Assembly (NCBI GenBank): GCA_000934665.2
Contig: JYFJ02001718.1
Location: 1 to 64,000 of the forward strand
DNA length: 64,000 nucleotides
Reading direction: 5' to 3'
Origin: Catajapyx aquilonaris
Lineage: Eukaryota
The position numbers were made by a program, and so were the translations under genes. This document shows positions 50,596-63,781 of this stretch, in pieces; position 1 is the first letter of the stretch, and each line of letters starts with the position of its first letter. The notes below the pieces were generated by a model. It ran no database searches. It had not been told where the DNA came from and saw only the letters and a list, made by a program, of their open reading frames with translations.

Positions 50596-51027
50596 TACCT
50601 GTTTAAGCTTTATTCATTTATTGTGTATTACATATTGTTACATATATATGTAATAATGGCAACTCTTGTATATATACAAGACGAAACAGGTCCTAACTAC
50701 TCTTGTCACCAGACTGGAAGAATAATTATTGTTGACATTTCAGAAAGTCATTGTTTGCATTGTTTCATCAGCAGTCATGTTCCTATGAAGGGGTTACAGT
50801 CAGGTTCCAGTGGCATGGTCTGTAACTAATATTGATTGTAGTGGTAAGGTGTGCAAGTTTGCAGAATAAGAAGCAAGAAAAATGACAAGTATATATGTCA
50901 CGGAGAGCATGTCTTCTTCTGAGTGCTGTAAAATTTTTAGCGATTATTAGCATTATCCCAGTGGAGAACGTGTTCATACTTTTTCCACCTCCATTTGCCA
51001 AAAGTGTTGCGCTCCATGGAATTTTGA

Positions 51028-53600
51028 TTATTTCTGCACGATAGCAGGGTTTTTTCCTTGCTCAAAAGCTATTGTCGACATATTCTGAAAGTAAATGTTA
51101 GTTCAGAGATAGTGCAATTAAATGCGAATTACAATTTTCATATATGGAGCATTTGCAATTTACCTTGGCCCTCTTTTCCGCGTAAGCCTGCATGTAAAAA
51201 TTGAAGAAAAAAAGAAATATAATTGGCCCCAGTATGATTACCAAGTATTTTCCCACTAATGAACTGGGACAACCATTGAAGAATGTTTGCGCCTGATGTA
51301 ATGTTCCGAAGACAAACTGAACCTGCGAAAAAAAGACAACGAAAAACCATTGTATTTTTAACAGAACAAACACTTGTGTTTTATGTTTACCTTACCATCT
51401 GCATGAGAGTTAAGTACCGCTTCCACCATAAGAAGTTCTTGTATCCTAGTGCAGCTATTAAGTAGTAGGTGTACATCACGACATGAATGAAGGAGTTTAT
51501 TAAAACTAAAAAGGTCCAGTGCCCCACTGAAAACACAATATAAGTTAATCCTAATACATTGGTCCATCACTTTGAAGGAATTAATACATAGTTAAATATT
51601 CTCGCTCTTAACTTACCTCCAGCAAATCTCGCCATATACCAAACAAAGAATGGCATTGTTGCATGATGTGCAATGTGAAGATTTGTGACTTGTCCAAAAT
51701 TTTTGAGCAAATTGAAGAACACCTGCATGGTTATTTAAAAAATCGTGATCAAAAATTCAACCTTGGGAAATGTCCAGACCCACCGTGTCCAGTAAATCCA
51801 AATATTTGGCAAAATAATACCACCCAATCGCTTGCACCATCTACAGAGAAAAGAAAGATGTAGAGTACATATTATTAAATCGCAATCTAGCTTAACTGCA
51901 ATGTAATAAACTTCATGAAATATTGCACACTGTACACTTGGAAAAATCCAAATATCATCGGAAAATACATAATGCACATACCGTCAAATGGTGGGAGATT
52001 GTGCCACTTTTGGAGGTTTTCCTTGCAAGCAAACCAGAGTAATTGATATTATATCAGAACGAATATTTTACACAACATTGCTGCACATCTCACCTTTCAG
52101 ATCATACGTGAAAATAATTTTTATGTACTAAGGGAGGGGAGATATAAATTCTTTTCTGTGCCACAATTTCACCTTCTCATCATATCTGGACATGGGGCCA
52201 CGATGACCCACCCCACTGTGGGGGGGGGGGGGAGCTTCAATATCCCATTATTATAATTATTCAATTATTGAGCGAAATTGTTTATAAGAACTAAACAATG
52301 AGCACAATGGAATAAGACAACAATAATATATTGTTACAATAATGGGATGTCAATGGACCTTTGAGGCTTTCTAGTCCTTTGTGATTGACGATTTCCGACC
52401 ATGGGTGTCCAATCTCAAATTTCTTCCCTAGGCAGCCCCTACACACCCTAGAGAAGTCTGTCCAGAATTACAGGAAACACCTTGTTGAATCAATACAGTT
52501 CTAATATAATAATAATCAGTGCAGGACGACTAAGGGACGTTAAGTGCAGGGCGTTAAGGGATTCAACCGTGCATTTGGTGAAAAAAGCATGAAATTTGGT
52601 AAGAATGTCCCTGAGAGCATACTCTTCAAATTCAGATATGGCGCCAAGGCCGTTTTCGCCCAGGTGGCCCGTAATTGCGGGTTGGCTACCTTGAAGCGAG
52701 TTAAAAGTCTTTTCTGAGCGTACTATGCCTCTCAGGCGGATATGTGCCAAACAAACGTTGTAGAGAAACATGCACTCTACAAAAAATTTCAAGTACCTTT
52801 TCCACGCACGGTCCGTATTTTCGTAGCTACAGCGACTTGAAAAAGACTTTTCACTCTCTGAAGGGTAGCCAACCCGCAATTACAGGCCTCCAGGGCGAAA
52901 ACTGGCGTGCTGGCGCCATATCTGAATTTGAAGGGTATGCTCTCTGGGACATTTGTAGCAAATTTCATGCTTTTTTCACCAAATGCACGGTTGACCCATT
53001 ATTAGTCCCTTAACGTCCGGACTAAGTGTTATATTCGAGAATAAATATAAATAATAATAAATCAGATACCTTCATAGCTTGCGGGCTCTGTGAATAATCT
53101 GAAGGCTGGCAAGTGAAGCTGTATCCATTGAACCAACCTCCTTGAATGCACTAGAAGAGGAGGAAGAAACATTCAAATCATGGTCATATCACCATCATCA
53201 GATATTCCCTGAATCCCATCAAACGGACACTGACCAAATAGACAATCCAGACGTTCAGAATCACTTGGAACGTATTGTACACTATTAGGACTTTTCTGAG
53301 CTGGAAAGGTTTCCTGCCAGTCATGAACCTCGGAAGGAGGTAACACACCAAATAAATGTAAACCAGCATGGATCCAAAGACAATAATGCCACTTTCCATC
53401 ATCGGCAACGACTTGAAACGTAGGTCTGTAATGGAAAGTGAGCAATATACGTATTATTCACCAAGTAACTATACCAGGTCATACCAGCACTGCCCGAGTC
53501 CAGGCACTTTTCTACCTTCATTGTCGTAAAATGCATAGTGGTATTGTTGAATCACAAACGTGCCCAAATTAGTTCGATTGTTTATTTCTGGATGCTCCAT
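51028..53600 (-). CDS. ELOVL fatty-acid elongase C (recent duplicate of B)
   Basis: MEHPEINNRTNLG...; FMTGRKPFQLR; VTNLHIAHHATMP; INSFIHVVMYTYY; LWWKRYLTLMQM; ends PAIVQK*; intron 3 enlarged by TE insertions. Confidence 0.9.
52517..53024. mobile_element. Long-TIR fold-back element (Academ-like, inferred) in ELOVL-C intron 3
   Basis: ~170-bp inverted arms: CAACCGTGCATTTGGTGAAAAAAGCATGAAATTTG...CCCGTAATTGCGGGTTGGCTACC versus GGTAGCCAACCCGCAATTACAGG...CAAATTTCATGCTTTTTTCACCAAATGCACGGTTG...CGTCCGGACTA; absent from the matching ELOVL-B intron. Confidence 0.8.
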
Positions 53601-53784
53601 TACGTCAAGGTCTGCGACTTGTGCGGATGACTCGTTCATGTAGAATAATGTAAATATTCTGGAGGCGCAAATCACTTTCTTCGGTGTTGACTGCTGTGTA
53701 TACACCTGCATTAAGAAGCAGTGCCTTTAATATCTATGAAGCAGTACGTAGAATTACGGATACAACTGTTGGTCGCTGTGTCGT

Positions 53785-53785
<1 letters not shown>

Positions 53786-53836
<51 letters not shown>
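53786..53836. repeat. (ATC)17 microsatellite
   Basis: Direct reading; the paralogous site at ~47028 has only about 3 copies. Confidence 0.95.
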
Positions 53837-56800
53837 TTTATCAATAAAATCAGTGTGGGTGCAAAATTGTACAAGTTTGCATTGCACTTGTTCTCATGAG
53901 CCGAGAAAATTATTTTCGTTGGCCTGTGACTTAGGCCTACTGTTAGTATAAGCTACACTGGTTAACGTGGTTTGATGGCCTGCACTGCTTAAGAAGATAT
54001 TACGTGCTGATGCAATACATTAATACAGCTAAAATTTAATACGAAATTGCAAGGCAGAGAAGCCATTATCAAAATTCGATAAAAATATAGTTCCATTAAA
54101 AACTGCATAAACTGAGATGAGGTTTCTCTTGGGTGACAGCTAATTATCTATTAGAAGCAAATAACTCTGAGATGAACAAAATTGATTTACAAATAACTAG
54201 AAAAATCTACAATTTACAGAGTATCCTAACAACAATATTGAATAATAACAATAATATAAGATAATTGGGAAATTGTAAAACTTATTATTTTAATAATAAT
54301 AATCTGAACCTGGCTGATCACTCTTGTAGGCCTACTTACCACTTAGCGACTGCAGTAGCCTAATAATACTCTTGCACTATTGCAGATGACAATAATAGTG
54401 CACATATGAGAGCCGTAACTGTGACTGAGGCTGCAACAGTGTAGTCGCATATAGGCGTCTCTCTTTTTCTCACATATTCTTTTCTCCTCCCGAAAGTTTT
54501 TGAGGAAGTAATTATTACACCATTCATCAATCGGATCTACTGTTGATTTCATAAGTCATGTTCAAGCAAAATAGACTATTTCGTAATTTTCTTTTCATGA
54601 TGAAATGGCTACCTCCATATCGTTTATGGGAATTCGTATGTTACGGCATACCTATACTGAATTTTTATCTTGCCTCTTTTAGTATTTGACGTCATCTGAG
54701 CCAATAACGTTGTTACATCAGAATGTTAAAAAAGTCATAATTAATCCAGGTGATTTTTTATTGTGAAATGCAAGGCTGTGTTAGTGTCGCTTTTTCTATA
54801 GGACGTCATTCAGAAGCTTATCAACCAATCATGTATTTGTTGTTGAACTTTTTGCTTATTTCTTCAACCACAAAGCATTACGACACTCAAGATAAAGGCA
54901 CCGTACTCTCTTCCGTTGTTGAGAAATACCTAATGGGACTTCTGTAATATAGTAGTTACATAACAATTAGTGAAAAATTCCCCTCAAAACTTCAAAAAAG
55001 AGCGAAAATTATGCACACCCGTCACACATATCCATATGCATTATTCTTCATTGATATGTTATTATTGTTGGTTCATTGTTTCCAACAATCAATGACAAGC
55101 AATAGCCGGTCGTAACGCAATTTAACCCCCTTCTGCTTTGCGTATTGATTGGTCACATACCCAACACTTCAGATTGCATTGATGTTTTTCAGCAAAATCG
55201 ATGGAGTGTGTTTGTTAATCAAATAAGGCTATTTAGTGATAGAATCATGTCCAATTATTGTTTGAAGTGTGTACTGCTGACCTTAGAATTTGCGCTAATA
55301 ATACCTATTTCATATGGCCACAAAATCATGTGATCGGTCAATTTTTTGTACGTTTTATTTTATTTTCTTCATCAACTTGGATGAAGGATGGGTAGACTGA
55401 CCAATCAATATTAAGTTGGTGAATATCTTTGCAAAATAAGGTTAGTAAAGCACTGGAAGAGTTGGTACTTGGTAGCTATGACTGATGGGGTTGTTGCTCA
55501 TACAATCAGAGAAGAATGATTCCTTCCTCTTGTTCTGATTGACAGGCCAAAAAAGGAGATGATGAACCCATTTGTGGGAGGGAGATTATTTTGGGGATGC
55601 CTGCTCAGGATTGTCGAGATGCAGAGCCAGAAAGGTAGGAGGACTGGACTATAAAATGTTTCATATCATTGCGAAGTGTCCCCCTAAAAGGGCTCTGCCC
55701 CAACAATGGGGTTACTTAAATAAAATAAAATAAAATAAAATATTACAAAGTAGTGTTTATAAAATTGTGATTGCGATGATTATTTGAACTTGTATTTCAT
55801 TATCCCATGCTGGTGATTTGTCACTGTGTATTTTCTTACAAGGAATTTGATGGCACATATGATTTTGTATTCGGTATATGTTGATTTTTTTGCCACGTTA
55901 CAGAATGAAAGCTGTGTTGACCAAACACACGTGTGTGTCCAGATTTGTTCCAGGGACACACCAGATATAAGACGAGATTGCAATGAGAAGGCTCAAAATT
56001 ACCACCCCTTAAAAACCAGTAACAGAATTAGGATTTCTCAAATTTCTTTGCTACAATGTTTTAGTATCAGGATAATGAACATAAACCAAGAATATTATTC
56101 AATATTGGGCACACCATCTGGTACAAATCTGGCTGAACTGACATGGAATGACCCATATAAGAAACATCTAGAGAGGCAGCTACCTGATACAGCAAAACTG
56201 TATGAGCAACATTGCTAAATCAGAGGTATTATGGCAGAAAGTCAGCATGTTTGCAAAAATCTTGCTCACCTTAGTGTACAATATCATAACGAGGTTTTTC
56301 TGTGTTGTTTTACTTGTTCCATTATAATACTAACTTGTAAAATTAAATGCCGTCTGCAATATTATCTTGCACGCTTACAAAATGTTAATGAAGTTTTTCC
56401 CTCTGAGGAAAACAATCTGTATAATATCAGTCCTTGAAACAATTACAGTTTAAAGTCATTACTTTGTGTGTCTCATTGTGATTTTGAACGCTGACGTTTT
56501 TTGACAAAATATTTATGCAACTATTCAGTAAGTTTGACTGCAGCATCCAGCTGTAAACGTAACCTACTATATTACGCAGTTGATTGATTGTGGAAGAACC
56601 ATCATACTTGCCTTTTTTTTCCACTTCCTGGGTTCGCATGTATTGACGTGGGTGATTTCTTTGTAGTATGTGCCAACATTCTTCGGAAACCACAAAATAA
56701 TGATGATTGCGGCAGAAATGAATTATGTTGCTCTTGCCCAACATCCCATTGCAGTATACCACTTAAAATCATCAACTGATTTTTTTTTGTTATGCGATAA

Positions 56801-57132
56801 TTCTGTTTGTGTAATAATTGGATTTGTTCTCCAGTTGCAGGTCAAGTGATACACCATATAAGTCAGGCACTTCAGATCATCATTTGCTTGTTGCAAACTC
56901 TCCGTATGTCTCAGCATCTCCAAGTTGTTGAAATCACTCAACAGTAAGTATGGCTGCAGAGTCATCTTCCAGAAACCTTAATTTCGCCATTAATTTTTGG
57001 TAATGTCTGTAGGAGCGCCATCATATTTGAAAGCTGGCTTATTTTTCATTTTATTTCACTTGGTCAATAAAATTTAATGTAAGTGTCATAATGTCATAAT
57101 GCAAATGTTATTTTTATATTCTTTTAATAGAT

Positions 57133-59056
57133 ATGGGCTACAAAAGTGATGTTGGCGTGGCCAACAGTCCAAGCACTAATGGAACAGCTGGAGTAAAATC
57201 TGAGTAAGAGTAATTATAATTTTACTACTATTACTGGTACTACTAACACAAGAAATGCACTGATAATAAGAATATTGTATTGTACAGGCGCAGTCTATCA
57301 GGAGAAAAGCCCAAAGTGACCTTCACTGGAGTCCTGGATGAAACAGACACGGATGTAACCTCTGAGGTGTTGGAATATGTGGCGAAAGAAGAGGCGGAAA
57401 AGAATTACCCTGTTGAAATTGTGTGGGGGAATGTTTACAAATTTGTGGTTTTGCATATCTTCGCCTTTTGCGGATTGTATAATGTCGTGACAGGAAGGGT
57501 TTCAGGAAAGCATATCCTTGCAAGTAAGTATCTAGAACAACTATGGTGTCCTACTAACTTAATATTCATTGCAAGGTGCACTTTAAATAAAGTAATGGTG
57601 TAATGAGGAGTTTTAGAATCAAAGTTGTGAATCTTGCAATTGACAAATTGATTTCACTTCGCGAAACCCTCCCGCCCTTACATTACAAAAATTGTTAAGC
57701 TACACATAAATCAAATATTTGTTGATGTAGTAAACAATCCATATTCTTCCTACCCTCATCTTGGACCGTAGAGCTTGACAGTGTACCATCAACAATACCC
57801 CATGTTCATAATTATTACGCTTAAAAAGTGTATATGAATTTATTTTAATTAATAACAATGATATTCTCTGCGAAGTTGTCCTATACAGTTTCATGCTCAA
57901 CTTTGGCATCGCTGGAGGAGCGCACAGACTATGGGCCCACAAGGCATACAAAGCGAAACGTGTACTTCAGATCTTCTTGCTCTATCTGCAGACCGCTGCC
58001 GGACAGGTAATGCAGGTCCAATGCAGGTGGGAATGTCAGCACACATGTCCCTTTTGTCTGAATCACCTTTCAGAACTCCCTGTACGATTGGGTTCGGGAT
58101 CACCGTATGCACCACAAGTTCACCGAGACCAATGCAGACCCACACAGCATGAAGAGAGGCTTCTTCTTTGCTCACATGGGTTGGCTCATGTGCAAGAAGC
58201 ATCCGGACCTCAAGGCGAAGGGAAAGATGATTGACATGAGCGACCTGGAGAAAGATCCGATTGTTATGTGGCAACACAGGTTTGTAGGAACCAGGCTTTA
58301 ATTTTTAGAAATGATATTAATTAGTAATTATGTTTGGGTGCTTCGGTGCTACAATTTTATAGTACACTTTAAGGCAGCTACAGTCAGCAATTTATTATAA
58401 TTCCATGATGTTCCAGCATTTCATTCATTTCATTTACAGGAACTATGTGATGCTCTTCTACATCATTGGTCTTGTGATTCCAGTACTAGTATTGAGGGTG
58501 CTCACCCATGAAACGTGGCTATACATTTTCACAGCAACACTAACGAGATATGCAGTGGGACTTCATATTACCTGGCTCATCAACAGCTATGCCCATGCTT
58601 TTGGAGACAGGCCGTATGACAAGTAAGTGGTCTAAGTGTGCATGTGCGACCAATTAAACACTCAACGCATCAGTTATGTGTCGAGTCGAATTTTGAACTC
58701 ATTTCTACCCCTCCAGGGATGTACAGGCTACGAATTCGATATTCATGGGATACTTGGGAGTTGGAGAAGGCTTCCACAACTACCACCACGTGTTTCCATG
58801 GGATTACAGAGCAGCTGAACTTTACTTTTATAAAGGGTCCAATCTGACTGGTCTGATGATCGATGCTTTTGCTAAACTGGGTCTGGCATACGACCTGAAG
58901 ACTGTGGATCAGAACATGATAAAGAACAGGGTTCTGAGAACTGGAGATGGAACTCACCACGTTTGGGGCTGGGGAGACAAGGACATTCCCAAACTCCATG
59001 TCGAGGCTACCATCACACTCAATGGGAAAGAAAGCCAAACCCACAAAAAGGATTGA
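57133..59056 (+). CDS. Acyl-CoA Delta9-type (SCD/desat1 family) fatty-acid desaturase, 6 coding exons
   Basis: IVWGNV; three His boxes GAHRLWAHKAYKA, WVRDHRMHHKFTETNADPHS.KRGFFFAHMGWL and GEGFHNYHHVFPWDYRAAE; HITWLINSYAHAFGDRPYDK; IDAFAKLGLAYDLK..RVLRTGDG. Confidence 0.95.
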
Positions 59057-59711
59057 GATTTAAAAAAAAAAAAATGCAGGATAGCAATATGACCAGGTTA
59101 TTTACCAGCCTTTCATGACTCTCCTTGTTTCCTTTTAAATGTTGACGGTATTCAATATATATATTTTTTTGCATTTTTGTACGTTCACTCATTTGATATG
59201 ATATCATGTCACATGTGCGTGAACGGATTAAAACAGATCAATAAATCTACTTGGTGATGGGCATGTTGATGCAATAAAAACTTGTCCATTACAATGTTTT
59301 TTTTCAATTCTCGGTGAAAATTTCAAGATGGCTAAATATATAAAGTTGCTTGTTGTGTAATTGAATGGCTTTGATTGGAAAGATTACAGTCACATGAGAT
59401 ATTTAACCAAATATGACTTGGAAATAGGGCAGTTTTTAAAGCGGGATTCAGTGATGAGCTTTCTGGTACTTGTGAAATGTCTTCTTTAATAATAATTAAT
59501 CATTATCCTGTATATGCTGATCTATACAAATGGGAATATTGGCGGCAATATCAAATACACTTTGCTATGAAGTCATTATGATTTAATTTATAACAAATTT
59601 TTCTCGGGCATCAGAACTTATCCATCTGCTACAAGTACAGGACAAAACCAATTCCTGCTTGCATGACCTTGAGTAATTGTTCCATCGAATGAACCAAACT
59701 ACATGAAAGTG

Positions 59712-61297
59712 TTATCCTTGCAAGCAAGTGAACTCCTTTATGTGGGATTGTACTTTTGCTATTGACACCTGAAAATAAGTTCAGAAATATATAAACTACA
59801 TGCAATTTTCACTAGAATACTGGAAAATCTGCAATGTATAAGAGTACTTACGCTGCTATTTCTCCTTCCTTTGTAGGCTTGTGAGTAGAAATTATAAAAA
59901 AGCATCAGCAGGCTAGGTCCCAATGGGATGGTCAAAATTCTCGTAAATCTGGGATAGTTGCATTCGTTGAAGAACAATTGATATTCGTGAATAGCCAAGA
60001 TAATGAACTGAGCCTGAAATTAAATAGTTTAATTATGGTAAATATGATCGCCGATTGTAGAAGACAACGTTGTCTTACCATTTGCATAATAGTCAGATAC
60101 TTTTTCCACCACAAGTATTTCTGGTAGCCTAATGCAGCCAGCAAGTAATACATGTACATTACTACGTGGACAAAAGAGTTGCACAGAATCACCAATGTCC
60201 AGTGCCCACCTGTTAATGAAATTAATTGTACCACATGCAACACAGTCACAATATGCATGATAGTATTTTTGTCCAAGGAATATACTTACCACCTATAAAT
60301 CTTATTGTATACCACACGAAAAATGGCATCAACATGTGATGAAACATGTGAAGAAAACTGACTTGCCTGTAACTCTTCCGCAGTACAAAGAATGCCTAGG
60401 GTGTGAAAAATATGTCAGAATGTAGTATACCGTGTCTTTTGAAATACAGATTTAAACCGTACCGTGTCCAACCAATCAACAAACTTGGCAAATAGGTACC
60501 ACCAACATGCATCCAACATCTGAAAACAGGCGTAATTAGTTTAAGAACACTGTTCGACAAGGAAGCATTTGCTCGGGTTATGATGTGTGTTTCAATACAG
60601 AATATACAATACAGAAAATACTTATTGAAACACACATCATAACCCCTAGAAAATGTTTCCTTGTCGAACAGTGGAATTGATCATAAGTACAGATTCATAA
60701 TGCAAGGGTCTGGCATACACAATTAAATATTGACCTTTTTCAAAACTACTTGACCCTGGTAAATAATGGTATAGCATGTACAGTTATTACCGCCATTGCT
60801 TTCGGATTCCTGGAGAAATCTCCTGGTTGGCACCTGAAACTGTATCCATTGAACCATCCTCCTCTGACACACTGCAAATGATCATTTTGTTCTGAACATG
60901 TTTAATCATCCTTTGGACTTCATGTTCTCACCAGGATTATAATCCATATGTTCAAGGCTACTTGAAATGCGTTGTAGGCCATGATGACTCTTTTCATCTG
61001 GAAAGGCTGTCGATCCACCATGAGCTTGGGAAGTGCATAACATGAGAGGAGCAAGTAGCCCAAGGTTGACCACACGATCAGGGAAGTGCTTCCCATCAAG
61101 GGCCACTCCATCATGCGAGGATCTGAAATGTACTGGCCATTGAAGCCTAATAGGTGTCAAAATAAACAATGTGATGCCTACATGGCAGAACACTTACCTC
61201 TATTTTTGTTTATGAGGAAATGGTACTGCCGAGTCATATATGGAACTAAAGAGGTAATATTCTCGCTTGTAATGTCACTCATGATGGCGAAGTTCAT
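59712..61297 (-). CDS. ELOVL fatty-acid elongase D (more divergent paralog)
   Basis: [12 protein letters not shown]...; [102 protein letters not shown]; ends FTCLQG*. Confidence 0.9.
60548..60673. repeat. 126-nt fold-back hairpin in an ELOVL-D intron
   Basis: CACTGTTCGACAAGGAAGCATTT..GGGTTATGATGTGTGTTTCAATA pairs with TATTGAAACACACATCATAACCC..AAATGTTTCCTTGTCGAACAGTG. Confidence 0.85.
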
Positions 61298-63745
61298 GAC
61301 TGTTGAGATTTAAAAATTTATTAGATTTATATGAGCGTATTTGAGCGATCAATATTGAACATTTGTAACGTAAGTCAAGAAACACAATCATTTTTCCGTA
61401 GGTTTGAGTTATGTCGAAGTCCTGTAATATGTTGTCTCTGTATACTCAGCCATCACATTATGGACACAAGCACTGACCACACACTTGGACTACAACGTAA
61501 GTAAATACCACAGAAAAATAATGTTAATAACATGAAAATTCTCACTCTTCAAAATGGTAAAATTGTCGTTTTCATTAGATCAAGCTATGCAAACGACCCT
61601 TTTTCTTACCTTCTGAACTTCCAACAAAATGTTACCAACTGGACCCAGCTATAGGAGCAGTATTGCTCAGCACTGCTCTTGAGCATGATATACTTTGCTG
61701 AACTTATATAACTTATACGAAGCGTGAAAAATTCATACTTTTCTCGTGTTATTATAACTAATTTTTAGTGTAGTTGCAACATTATCCCAGGAATTATTTT
61801 ACTAGGGTCTTTGCGGGTGTGATATGGGCGGGATTGGATGTTTCCTGAGAAAAGTACGTATTTAAAAAAAAAGTTTGCGAAATATGCACTGATAAAGTAC
61901 ACTCAATTGACATCATTTCCATTTGAGAAAATACCATGTGTGACGCAAGGATCAAACTAGTGACCTCAGAAGGGATACATTGTGGCCACCACGTCTTTCC
62001 TGGAATACCCTTGGTTTTGAACCTCGAATAGATATGGGCTTGGTATCATATACATGGGACACTCCTGGGAGTATTTTTTGTTGCTTCAGTAGTAAAGAGC
62101 ATGTCACTGTACAGTGCAAAACGAAGAATATATTAGTAAGTTCGTATAGAGATACAGTAGTGTGCATTTGCAATGGGAACTGACTTACACATAACAGTAG
62201 GCCTACTGTTAAGAAGCAGTAGTAATAATATCCCTGAGACGAGCCTGTGTGAAAGTGACGCTGGAGTTAAGTGTCTGGCACGCAAACAACGAACAATATA
62301 ATTATTATTTCGGTAGAAGGCTTGCATAATTATTATGATGGAAGTTTTCCAGTGTACGCGGAGTCAGAGGTTGGGAAAGGTTATGGGTAGGTTAAATAAA
62401 GGTTACAAATTTATGGCGCAGTAGGAACCGTAGGAATGTGCAATGATTTCTGCAAAGTGCAAATTTTCTAAACAGATCTGTTGGCCACTACATAAGATAA
62501 TATGACTGGTATAAGCTACAATTTTGTAATTTCAGTATATATACACTGTATATCACAGTATTATTGTTCCAAAGTTTTCAGATGTAATGGAACCAAATAA
62601 TATTATCAGTTTCTTGAGAATATATTTTCTCGATTACACAATCATGTTCATGATACCTTCAACAAGTAACACCGTATAAGATTATGCTGTAGCCCTATAT
62701 ATTACGCTACGCATAAAAATCTGTTTGTAAGTTTAGACCTAAATTGAAAGCTGTGTATCATTGCGGCTACGTCGAAATTTGCGATTTTTTTTTGGAAATG
62801 CCATTCAGTCGAGTGACACTTAGTTGGGCATGACATCATAATTTAAAATAAATATTTATGGAGAGAATATATGTACACATATTTCCGCACGTCCTCAATA
62901 ACTTTTAGCAAATTGCATTTAATTGTTATAACTGATACGCAGCAGCTTAATAAGAAGAGGCTTAGTTAAAAATCGCTGAAACATTCACTTCAATTTTGAA
63001 ACACTGCATAGCATGCGAAAGAACAATCGTATACAGGTGCAGACATGGCGTGAGAGGAAAATTCACTGTTATTAAATTACTGGCCGCAATTGCTCTTGAG
63101 CTCTTCAACATGAAATCATTTTAATTGAAATGTTGCGCGTAATTACGTGAATGGCGCCACTTGAAAGAATTTGTTGAAAGAGCTCTGTCTGGGTGTTGAT
63201 AAATGGCGATTGTACTCTCATGACTTACTGTACATGAACAGACATCAGTTGCAGATTAAATATTTTTCGTTCACCTTCTTATACTTGGTACAATAATAAA
63301 TTATGTAACTTATGCCTATTATTAAGTACACATGATAATGGTTTTGAATAGAATCTTTCTGGGGCTATAATATAGCATTAAATATCAGTCCCGAAAAATG
63401 TAAAATAATAATTGCATCATTGTGCAACAAGTTTCTCGGAAGAAAGTTTGGATACGGCTTAAAGGAATGACATTGGACTAGGACAAGTGTTATTAATATT
63501 TCGTACTGAAAAGTATTTTTGCATCTCAGCAGTTCACGCAGGAGAAGATATTAAGTTATATCAAGAGCTATGATAGACCTCTATACCATTTTAAGAGCTT
63601 AATTCCGGGTTCCTATTGTTGTCCTTCGAACACTTAAATATGCAATTATTTTCTCAGACTGGAAGTGACCTTCTTTAAAACATGTCAATTAATTATGACC
63701 TCAGCTTTAAATGACGCAGCACTTTGGAATAATTGTTTTTTTTTG

Positions 63746-63781
63746 TCTGTGTGTATGTATGTGTGTGTGTGTGTTTGTGTG
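63746..63781. repeat. Imperfect (GT)n microsatellite
   Basis: GTCTGTGTGTATGTATGTGTGTGTGTGTGTTTGTGT. Confidence 0.8.

Larger units (their letters stand above)
44196..55592. repeat. Tandem segmental duplication: unit 1 ~44196-49655 (ELOVL-B), unit 2 ~49659-55592 (ELOVL-C)
   Basis: Both units start CTACACTCCAGATAAAGA.GCCTCAATTATTTTCT and end AAAGGAGATGATGAACCCATTTGTGGGAGGGAGA..ATTTTG; introns and intergenic DNA are alignable throughout. Confidence 0.9.

Noticed and set aside
52490..53013. Opposite-strand ORFs sharing GSQPAITG...FHAFFTKCTV
   Set aside because: Translations of the two arms of a fold-back element, not a transposase.
53684..53899. ORF with poly-Ile hydrophobic stretch
   Set aside because: Translation of the (ATC)17 microsatellite.
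55826..57000. ORFs and scattered minus-strand splice-like sites upstream of the desaturase
   Set aside because: Could not assemble a consistent open spliced frame or recognise a family; possibly a decayed TE or pseudogene, which needs a homology search.
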